From an uncultured Candidatus Rokubacteria bacterium (GTDB lineage: Bacteria > Methylomirabilota > Methylomirabilia > Rokubacteriales > CSP1-6): a stretch of DNA of 64,000 nt. Below, one piece after another: positions 50,460 to 57,933 of the stretch. The notes beneath the pieces were generated by a model. The model ran no database searches. It was not told the DNA's origin and saw nothing but the letters and a program-made list of their open reading frames with translations. Each line of letters starts with the position of its first letter. The stretch's first letter is position 1. The stretch spans positions 160,001 to 224,000 of the forward strand of contig CAVWFS010000015.1 in assembly GCA_963754315.1 (NCBI GenBank). The letters are read 5' to 3'. The position numbers were made by a program, and so were the translations under genes.

Positions 50460-50725
50460 GAGGCACGACCTCCTGATCGGGACCGGCCACGGCTACGCGC
50501 GTGGACCAGCTCACACCAGCGACGATTCGCGTCGCCCCCGGCCTCGGCGCTGCCGGAGAGAAAGCCGTCGGCGTTCACCGTGGAGTCATCACTGCCACCC
50601 CGGGCAGGCGTATGGAGTTCACACCAGCGCACGTCGAGGATCTCGCAGATCGGGTCAGCATCAGGCTCACAGCCAGGACAGTAGGCGCGGGCGATCGGGG
50701 CGCTGTCGGTCAGGTAGTCCGACAC
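50456..50725 (-). CDS. Small Cys/His-rich hypothetical protein
   Basis: YCPGCEP..WCELH..WCELVH; 4-nt overlap with the downstream gene; SD-like GAGGGG. Confidence 0.65.
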   Translation of the reverse strand: MSDYLTDSAPIARAYCPGCEPDADPICEILDVRWCELHTPARGGSDDSTVNADGFLSGSAEAGGDANRRWCELVHARSRGRSRSGGRAS

Positions 50726-50853
50726 AGCCCCTCGCGAGGAGCGATCGCGGTCACGCGGCCCGGGCCTCGATGGAACCCGCAGGCGTTCGCCATCTGAAAA
50801 TTACTGTAACAAGAAGATTGCGACCGCCGGAAGCTTTTTCGGCCGCTTTCGGA

Positions 50854-50881
50854 TTGACACCCTCCTGCGACGCGCTAGGCT
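50854..50881 (+). promoter_or_regulatory. Sigma70-type promoter, probable leaderless start of the cyclase gene
   Basis: TTGACA-16 nt-TAGGCT, 7-nt gap to GTG 50889. Confidence 0.55.
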
Positions 50882-50888
50882 TACCGGC

Positions 50889-53800
50889 GTGACGTGTCCC
50901 CGCTGTCAGCGCGAGACCCCCGCCGATGCCAAGTTCTGTTCGCAGTGCGGGACAAGATTGGGCACCGCGCCCGGTGGCCCGACCCGGACGGCGGTCGTGG
51001 CCGAACGGCCTCTGGCCTCGAGTGGCGACAGCGAGCGCAAACAGGTGACCGTGCTGTTCGCCGACTTGAAGGGGTCAATGGAACTTCTGGCCGACCGTGA
51101 CCCCGAGGAAGCGCAGAACCTCCTGGATCCCGTCCTCGAGCACATGATGGAGGCCGTCCACCATCACCAAGGCACAGTGAATCAGGTCATGGGCGACGGC
51201 ATCATGGCCCTCTTCGGCGCCCCCATCGCCCACGAGGACCACGCCGTCCGGGCCTGCTACGCCGCCCTCCGCATGCAGGAGTCCGTGGCCGGATACGGAG
51301 ACAACGTGCTGCGCCAGTACGGTGCGCCCCTGCAGATCCGCGTCGGGCTGAACTCGGGCGAGGTGGTCGTCCGTACTCTCGGCGGCGATCTGCACACGAA
51401 CTACGCGGCCGTGGGCCAGACGGTGCACCTGGCCGCGCGCATGGAGCAGATGGCAAAGCCGGGCTCAATTTTCGCAACGGTCGACACCGTCCGGCTTGCC
51501 CGGCCGTGGATCGAAGCGAAGTCACTCGGCCCGGTGAAGATCAGGGGGCTGGAATCCTCTGTCGAGGTCTTCGAGGTGATCGGCGTGGGGGCCGCCCACT
51601 CTCGCCTCCAGGCGGCGGCGACCCGGGGCCTCACCCGCTTCGTGGGGCGCGAGGTCGAGATGAGGATCCTGCGCGAGGCCCTCGACCGGGCTCGGTCCGG
51701 CGAAAATCACGTCGTCGGTCTGGTCGGGGAGGTCGGCGTCGGCAAGTCCCGCCTCCTCCGCGAGTTCGTGGGCGCGCCATGGCTGGGGGACTGCCTCGTG
51801 CTCGAGAGTGGATCCGTCGCCTACGGCTCGGCCACCGCGTACAAGCCCGGCGTTGAGATCCTGCGACGCTACTTCCGGATCGAGACCGGTGACGATGCAC
51901 GAATGGCGCAGGAAAAGGTCGCCGGAAAACTCCTGATGCTCGACCGGAGTCTGGAGGACGCGGTCATGCCCCTCCTGGCCGTGGTAGGAGCCCTGCCCGA
52001 GGACAGCCCCTTCCGCGCGCTCGCGCCGACAGAGAGGCGTCAGCGAGCGGCGGAGGCGATCCTCCGGTTGATGCAGCGCGAGAGCGCCGCGCGGCCCGTG
52101 GTCCTGGTGTTCGAGGATCTGCAGTGGGCTCACCAGCAGACGCGGCGCGCACTCGACGTTGTGGTCAGCGCCCTGCCCCCGCGGACCCTGCTCATCGTGA
52201 GCTATCGGCCGGAATACGACGACGGTTGGCTGGGCCGGCCGAACTACACGCGCCTGCACGTCGATCCACTGACCCCCGCCATCGCCCAGGACCTCTTGGC
52301 TACCCTGCTCGGCGGCGGGTCGGAGCTCTTGCCGCTCACCCGGCGTCTGATCGAGCGCACCGAGGGCAACCCGCTCTTCCTCGAGGAGTGTGTCCGGAGT
52401 CTCGTGGAAACGCGAGCTCTGACGGGGGAGCGGGGCGCCTATCGCTTGGTGGCCCCTCCGACGGCCCTCGAAATCCCCCCGACCGTTCAAGCGGTCCTGG
52501 CCGCGCGTATCGATCGGCTCTCACAGGAGGACAAGCGCCTCCTGCAAAGCGCGGCCGTCATTGGCGAGGATGTTCCGGTGGATCTCCTCGCCGCGCTTGC
52601 CCGCCTGACGCCGGCTGACCTTCGGATCCCCCTGGCCCATCTGGAACGGGCCGAGCTGCTCGCCGAACGCTGGGGAACAGCTGCGCCCGAGTATCACTTC
52701 ACCCACTCGCTGACGCATAGCGTGGCCTACGAGACGCTCTTGCACGAGCGACGCCGACAGCTGCACGCCGAGATCGTGACCGCCATGGAGCGGCTCTACG
52801 ACGACCATCTGGACGACCATCTGGATCGGCTCGCGCATCACGCCTTCCGGGGCGAGGTGTGGGACAAGGCGGCCACCTATCAGCACCGCGCCGGTGTGCG
52901 CTCACTGGCCACCTTCGCAGGACGGGAAGCGGTGAGCTACCTGGAAGGGGCCCTGCAGTCCCTCTCCCATCTACCCGATGGACCGGCCGTGCGGCAGCAG
53001 GCCATCGACATCAGGCTGGAGCTGCGCAACGCGCTGATCCCGCACGGTCAGCACTCGGAGATCTTTGCGCACCTCCGCGAAGCCCAGCGCCTGGCGGAGT
53101 CGCTGGACGATCCCCAGCGCCTCGGCCGGGTGCTCTCCTTCCTCAGCAATCATTACTGGAATGTCGGGGTGCCCGACCTCGCCCTGGACGCAGGTCGACG
53201 CGCCCTCGAGCTTGCCGAAGCCTCCGGGGATCTGCCGCTGCAGATCGTGGGCAACTTCAGCATGGGCGGCACCCACCGCGGTCTCGGCAACTATCCGGAC
53301 TGCATCCACTACATGCAGCGAGTGATCGCCCTGCTCGAGCGCGACCTGACCTACGAGTTTTTCGGCCAGCACGGGCTTCCCGCGGTCCTTGCGCGCAGCC
53401 ATCTGGTGTGGAGCCTTGCCGAGCTGGGCCAGTTCAGGGAGGCTACCGTCGCCGCCGAGGAGAGCATCGGCATCGCAGAGGCTGCCCAGCACGCATACAC
53501 GCTGAGCCATGCCTACTTGGGCCTGGGCGGCGTTCTCGTCCGTCAGGGGCGCTTCCAGAGCGCTATTCCTGTCCTGGAGCGTGGACTCACCTCGAGCGAG
53601 CGCGCGCCGTTCCTGTTCCCGCCCCTGGCGGCCGACCTGGCGGTGGCGCTTGCGCGAACGGGTGGTCTGATGCGCGGTCTCGAGCTCGCAGAGCAGGCCG
53701 TGGACCGCGCCAGGACCATGGGCCGGCTCGGCCGCTTGCCCCTGCTCATCACCCATCTTGCCGACCTCTCGCTGATGGCCGGACGACACGCCGACGCCCT

Positions 53801-54137
53801 CCGGCTCGCCACCGACGCCCTCGCGCAAGCCGTGGCGCAGAAAGAGCGGGGAAATCAGGTTTACGCGCTCCGTCTCCTGGGCAAGGCGGCCATCTATGCG
53901 CCGGATGTCGATCCGGCGCGCGCCGAGGAACACCTCGGGCGGGCGATCTCGCTTGCTGAAGAGCTCGGGATGCGTCCGTTACGTGCTCGCTGCTACCTCC
54001 TGCTCGGTCAGCTCGTCCGGGCCAAGGGTTCGCCCGCGGCCGCCGATCACATCCGCACGGCCGCCGCGTTGTTCCAGGACATGAATATGCGTTACTGGCT
54101 CGAGTACGCTCAGGCCGAGCTCAGAGTGGTGGCTTAG
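50889..54137 (+). CDS. Zinc ribbon-class III adenylate/guanylate cyclase-AAA ATPase-TPR (STAND-type) protein
   Basis: CPRC..CSQCG, VTVLFADLKGS, GDGIMALFGAP, Walker A GEVGVGKS, FEDLQW, GNPLFLEE, helical-repeat C-terminus. Confidence 0.92.
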   Translation: MTCPRCQRETPADAKFCSQCGTRLGTAPGGPTRTAVVAERPLASSGDSERKQVTVLFADLKGSMELLADRDPEEAQNLLDPVLEHMMEAVHHHQGTVNQVMGDGIMALFGAPIAHEDHAVRACYAALRMQESVAGYGDNVLRQYGAPLQIRVGLNSGEVVVRTLGGDLHTNYAAVGQTVHLAARMEQMAKPGSIFATVDTVRLARPWIEAKSLGPVKIRGLESSVEVFEVIGVGAAHSRLQAAATRGLTRFVGREVEMRILREALDRARSGENHVVGLVGEVGVGKSRLLREFVGAPWLGDCLVLESGSVAYGSATAYKPGVEILRRYFRIETGDDARMAQEKVAGKLLMLDRSLEDAVMPLLAVVGALPEDSPFRALAPTERRQRAAEAILRLMQRESAARPVVLVFEDLQWAHQQTRRALDVVVSALPPRTLLIVSYRPEYDDGWLGRPNYTRLHVDPLTPAIAQDLLATLLGGGSELLPLTRRLIERTEGNPLFLEECVRSLVETRALTGERGAYRLVAPPTALEIPPTVQAVLAARIDRLSQEDKRLLQSAAVIGEDVPVDLLAALARLTPADLRIPLAHLERAELLAERWGTAAPEYHFTHSLTHSVAYETLLHERRRQLHAEIVTAMERLYDDHLDDHLDRLAHHAFRGEVWDKAATYQHRAGVRSLATFAGREAVSYLEGALQSLSHLPDGPAVRQQAIDIRLELRNALIPHGQHSEIFAHLREAQRLAESLDDPQRLGRVLSFLSNHYWNVGVPDLALDAGRRALELAEASGDLPLQIVGNFSMGGTHRGLGNYPDCIHYMQRVIALLERDLTYEFFGQHGLPAVLARSHLVWSLAELGQFREATVAAEESIGIAEAAQHAYTLSHAYLGLGGVLVRQGRFQSAIPVLERGLTSSERAPFLFPPLAADLAVALARTGGLMRGLELAEQAVDRARTMGRLGRLPLLITHLADLSLMAGRHADALRLATDALAQAVAQKERGNQVYALRLLGKAAIYAPDVDPARAEEHLGRAISLAEELGMRPLRARCYLLLGQLVRAKGSPAAADHIRTAAALFQDMNMRYWLEYAQAELRVVA

Positions 54138-54138
54138 C

Positions 54139-54450
54139 TCATCGAAAGATGGGGCCACGCGCGGGGTCGAGGGTGACGAGGCCCATGGGCTGTCCGGCGG
54201 CCAGGTGGTCGGGATCGCCCTCGACGCGCGCCGTGATGCGTGGGCCCTCCACGAGTTCGAGGAGACCGACCGCGTAGGGCGCGTCTGCGGCATACCGCGC
54301 GGGTGGGACGCGAATCACCGTCCACGAGACGAGTCGTCCGCGCCCCGAGAGGCTGACCGCCTCCCCACCTTCGGCACCGCAGAATCGACAGGTCGCGGCG
54401 TTCACGGATAGCTTTCCGCACTCGGTGCAGCGCCGCGCGGGCAGCATCAC
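54139..54450 (-). CDS. Zn-ribbon/OB-fold (DUF35) thiolase partner
   Basis: CTECG..CRFCG, GRLVSWTVI, PYAVGLLEL. Confidence 0.88.
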   Translation of the reverse strand: MMLPARRCTECGKLSVNAATCRFCGAEGGEAVSLSGRGRLVSWTVIRVPPARYAADAPYAVGLLELVEGPRITARVEGDPDHLAAGQPMGLVTLDPARGPIFR

Positions 54451-55604
54451 AGTCGCCCGAGGATGGTGACTGTGCTCACCACGCCCGTTCCACCAAGATT
54501 GTGGGCGAGGGCGAACTCACAGTTACCCACCTGGTTTGCGGCCTCGTCCCTGAGCTGCCTGACAAGCTCGTAGACCTGAGCGCAGCCGGTCGCGCCCACC
54601 GGGTGGCCCTTCGCGATAAGGCCACCAGAAGGGTTCACCGCGACCTTGCCGTCAGGTGCGGTCCAGCCCTCGGCGACGGCGTGCCCCCCCTGGCCGGGCG
54701 CGAAGAATCCCAGGTCCTCGGTGGCGACGATTTCAGCTGTCGTGAAGCAGTCGTGCACTTCTGCCACATCGATGTCACCCGGGGTGACACCGGCCATCGC
54801 GTACGCTTCTCGAGCGGCCCGAACGGTCGCCGGAAACGTCGTGATGTCGTCCATCTCCCACAAGGTGGCCGGTCCGGTCGCATGCCCGGTACCGAGGACG
54901 CGCACTGGCCGACGATGAAAGTCCCTCGCCTGATCGGCAGGACACAGGACGATGGCGGCTGCTCCGTCGGAGATGGGCGGGCAGTCGAAAAGCCGCAGCG
55001 GGTCTGCGATGAGCCGCGAAGTGAGCACTTCCTCGAGCCGCACCGGCTTTCGGAACTGCGCCTTGGGATTCGCCGCGCCCAGGCCATGATTCTTCACCGA
55101 CACGAGCCCTACCTGCTCGCGGGTCGTCCCATGGCGAGCCATGTGCTCACGCGTGATGACGGCAAACGCACCCGGGAATGTCAGGCCGGACCTCATTTCC
55201 GTCTCTTCGTCACCCGCGGTGGCGAGGCCGGCCGTCACCTCCGCCGTCGACGCCGCGGTCATCTTCTCGGCGCCGGCCGCGAGCACAAAATCGTAGAGTC
55301 CGAGCGCGATCCCGAGCACACCCAGCCGGAACGCGATGCCCCCGGACGCACAAGCGCCTTCCGTCTTGGTGGCAGGAATGCCGCAGATACCGAGCCGGTT
55401 GGCCACCATCCCGGCGAGGGCACCCTGACCAGCCAGCCGCTCACCGATGAAGTTTCCGACGTACAACGCCTGAATCTTCTCACGGGGGACCGCCGCATCG
55501 GCGAGCGCCTCGCGACACGCGGCCACCGCGATGTCCACGAGTCCGCGCCCTTCCAGCTTGCCAAACGGAGTCGACCCGACGCCGATGATCGCGACATCCC
55601 TCAT
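54447..55604 (-). CDS. Thiolase, SCP2/archaeal-like type
   Basis: EGACASG, DCPPISDGA, EVHDCF, NPSGGLIAKGHPVGATG. Confidence 0.92.
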   Translation of the reverse strand: MRDVAIIGVGSTPFGKLEGRGLVDIAVAACREALADAAVPREKIQALYVGNFIGERLAGQGALAGMVANRLGICGIPATKTEGACASGGIAFRLGVLGIALGLYDFVLAAGAEKMTAASTAEVTAGLATAGDEETEMRSGLTFPGAFAVITREHMARHGTTREQVGLVSVKNHGLGAANPKAQFRKPVRLEEVLTSRLIADPLRLFDCPPISDGAAAIVLCPADQARDFHRRPVRVLGTGHATGPATLWEMDDITTFPATVRAAREAYAMAGVTPGDIDVAEVHDCFTTAEIVATEDLGFFAPGQGGHAVAEGWTAPDGKVAVNPSGGLIAKGHPVGATGCAQVYELVRQLRDEAANQVGNCEFALAHNLGGTGVVSTVTILGRL

Positions 55605-55626
55605 GGAAAACCCTTTCATTGTATGG

Positions 55627-55877
55627 GGGGCCCCGAACAGGCCCCCCAGGCCCCCCGCGCTCGGGGCGGCCCGGGGTACCCGGGCCACCCCTCGGTCTCA
55701 CTCCGCGGCTTGTTGGGGCCCCGAACAGGCCCCCCAGGCCCCCCGCGCTCGGGGCGGCCCGGGGTACCCGGGCCACCCCTCGGTCTCACTCCGCGGCTTG
55801 TTGGGGCCCGACAGCCCCCAGGCCCCCCGCGCTCGGGCGGCGGGTACCCGGGCCACCCCTCGGTGTCACTCGGCGGC
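55627..55877. repeat. Tandem array of three 88-bp palindromic REP-like units (third degenerate)
   Basis: Units start at 55627, 55715 and 55803; units 1-2 carry GGGGCC..GGCCCC and GGCCCGGG-GTA-CCCGGGCC hairpins. Confidence 0.9.
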
Positions 55878-56018
55878 CGGGTGCCCGATCCGTGCGGCCA
55901 CGCCTCGAGCCCACACGTTCGAAGCCAGCTGCGCTTGTAGGATGTCACACCTACGGCGGTTGGTCACGCGCTTGACGGTGAGGAGTCCGGTTCGCGGGGA
56001 TGGAACCCTGTGACTTCC

Positions 56019-56355
56019 TCAGGAGGGTCGGGGCACGACGACAATTTCCACTCGCCGAGCCGCGTCCGGGCCCCAGCCGCGGACTACTCTCGTCGACGAT
56101 GGCGAGGGTGCTCGCGACAACACCAGCGTGCTCCAGAGGAGCCGGGAGTACCAGGCGATATCCGCCTCGCGGACCTCTGGTGAGGGATGGCGCGACGACG
56201 GCGCCGAGCTCCCGATGAATCGCGTCGGTGACCTCCACCTGCCGCGCGACGCGTGCAGCGCGCCTTTCTTGCAGGTGTCCACTCAGTAACAGGAGAGCGA
56301 TCGTCAGGACGAAAGGCGCTGCAGTTATCGCCACGACCCCGAGCAGAGTAAGCAT
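56019..56355 (-). CDS. Small membrane-anchored hypothetical protein; probable frameshift near 56070
   Basis: N-terminal TM MLTLLGVVAITAAPFVLTIALLLL, RQVEVTDAIHRELGAVVAP; plausible end RVEIVVVPRPS in the other frame; SD GAGGAG. Confidence 0.6.
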
Positions 56356-56374
56356 CTGCGTCTCCTCTGCTTCT

Positions 56375-56403
56375 TGCGACACCGGGCGGCGGCTACTGTG
56401 AAA
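56375..56403 (-). promoter_or_regulatory. Putative ECF promoter, copy 2 (TTTCAC-N14-GGTGTCGCA)
   Basis: Same boxes and spacing as the motif upstream of the ECF sigma gene. Confidence 0.6.
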
Positions 56404-57361
56404 TCGGATGAAGATCCGGACGGCAATCGGTGCACGGCGCCAGCCCAGCCGCCTCGGCTCGGTTTTGCGAGCCGAAGTATCGCAGGCGTTGCGGCTGCTC
56501 GAGGGTGGTCAACCAGGAGCACGACGGCAGGCAGTACGATGCCTCGGCCGGATACGACACATACATCAACCGGCGATCGACCTGAGGTCCCGTCTGGCCA
56601 GCCACCGTGCGCACCCCCTCGGTCGCCAGCAGACGCTCCTTGAGGCCAACCTTGTTGCCGGCGTAACCGACCAGGGCGCCGTCGGCACCGACAATGCGGT
56701 GACAGGGAACCACGATCGGCAACGGATTCCAGCGCAGAGCCTGAGCAACCGCCCGCGCTCCCGATGGCTTGCCTACCTCTCCGGCGAGGCCTGCATACGA
56801 CGTCACGGCGCCGTAGGGAATCGCCGCCGTCATGCGCAACACGGCGCGCTGAAAGTCTGAACGGGCCAGCCGCAGATCGAGCGGCCAGTCCAGCCGGGTT
56901 CGCTTGCCCTCGAGGAACTCCATCAGCTCGCGGTAGAGGGCTTCGATGTCCGAGCCGTCCTCGACGATCTGCACACCGGCCGCCTTGGCCAGACGCGAGT
57001 GCAAAGACGCTCCCGCGTGGTCGAGGTACTCGATCAGGGTCACCCCTTCCTCGGAGCGTGCGATCAGGATCGGTCCCAGCGGGGAATCGAAGACGCGAGC
57101 CACCAGGAGGCGTCGTCGCAGGTCGGCCAGGCCCGCCTCGATGCGCTGACGGCTCTGGGCAACCGCGACATCGACGCTCGGGATACGCCAGGTCCCGATG
57201 GCCTGCTCGAGGGATCGATACCGCTCGAGCTCGCGGGCGCACGGTTCACATGTACGGACATGTCCGTCGACCCGGGCCACCATCGGCTCCTGACCCTCAC
57301 CGGTGGCGACGGCAATCAGGTCTTGCTCGATCTCAGCACACACACTCGGCTTTCGGGTCAT
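56393..57361 (-). CDS. Fusion: zinc anti-sigma (HxxxCxxC) + O6-methylguanine-DNA methyltransferase + C-terminal Ada Zn-binding domain
   Basis: HVRTCEPC; SPLGPI, IPYG, VPCHRIV active site; YCLPSC...AEAAGLAPCTDCRP. Confidence 0.9.
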   Translation of the reverse strand: MTRKPSVCAEIEQDLIAVATGEGQEPMVARVDGHVRTCEPCARELERYRSLEQAIGTWRIPSVDVAVAQSRQRIEAGLADLRRRLLVARVFDSPLGPILIARSEEGVTLIEYLDHAGASLHSRLAKAAGVQIVEDGSDIEALYRELMEFLEGKRTRLDWPLDLRLARSDFQRAVLRMTAAIPYGAVTSYAGLAGEVGKPSGARAVAQALRWNPLPIVVPCHRIVGADGALVGYAGNKVGLKERLLATEGVRTVAGQTGPQVDRRLMYVSYPAEASYCLPSCSWLTTLEQPQRLRYFGSQNRAEAAGLAPCTDCRPDLHPISQ

Positions 57362-57885
57362 CGCTCGAGCTCCGTGACGAAATCTTGCTCCTTCAGGCTC
57401 TGGCGGATTTTCTTGAGCGCCTGGAAGACGTTGGCCCGGGCGCTCTCGACGGAACAGGTCAGGTTCTGGGCGATGACCTCGTAATCGAGATCGTGGACTT
57501 TCCTCAGGATGAAGGCCGCCCGCTGTCGGAGGGGCAGCCTGGACACGACAACGTCAAGCCGCGATTGCGTCTCACTCAGCTGGGAAACGGCCGCCGGGTC
57601 GACGCCATCGAGCTCGGTCGTGCTCTCGCGGAGGGCGCTGTGGGCCAGACGGCGACGTCGTTCGGCCCGGAAGTGGTTACGCGTCAGGTTGGTCGCGATC
57701 GTGAACAGCCACGCCCGCACGTTCGCATCCGGCGTCAGGCCTCGATAGGCTCGGTAGGCTCGCAAAAACGTCTCCTGGACAAGGTCTTCTGCCTCGCTAG
57801 CCCGGTAGGTCATTCGCGCCAGGTAGCGGAAGATCTCGCCGTGGTGCGCCTCGACCAGTGTCTCGAAGGGCTGTTGGCCCATCAC
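57358..57885 (-). CDS. ECF RNA polymerase sigma factor
   Basis: Region 2 AEDLVQETFLRAY, WLFTIATN; region 4 LPLRQRAAFIL..YEVIA; 4-nt overlap with the downstream gene. Confidence 0.93.
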   Translation of the reverse strand: MMGQQPFETLVEAHHGEIFRYLARMTYRASEAEDLVQETFLRAYRAYRGLTPDANVRAWLFTIATNLTRNHFRAERRRRLAHSALRESTTELDGVDPAAVSQLSETQSRLDVVVSRLPLRQRAAFILRKVHDLDYEVIAQNLTCSVESARANVFQALKKIRQSLKEQDFVTELER

Positions 57886-57889
57886 CCTA

Positions 57890-57918
57890 TGAGACACCTT
57901 CGAGCGCCGAACGTGAAA
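57890..57918 (-). promoter_or_regulatory. Putative autoregulatory ECF promoter, copy 1 (TTTCAC-N14-GGTGTCTCA), leaderless
   Basis: Ends 4 nt before GTG 57885; motif repeated at 56375-56403. Confidence 0.62.
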
Positions 57919-57933
57919 GCACGGTCCATCGCC

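Noticed and set aside
52799..52826. Short direct repeat GACCATCTGGAC in the cyclase gene
   Set aside because: In-frame 12-nt duplication encoding DDHLDDHLD; trivial
55627..55877. CRISPR array
   Set aside because: Units are identical across their full 88 bp with no unique spacers, and no cas genes are in the window
55531..56013. Pro/Gly/Arg-rich repeat ORFs over the tandem array
   Set aside because: Translations of a GC-rich palindromic repeat in several frames with no protein-family signal
55930..56022. Possible fluoride riboswitch (minus-strand ...AACCGCC...UGACAUCCUAC) and nearby hairpins
   Set aside because: No GGCGAUGG-like 5' element at the expected position and no fluoride-related gene downstream
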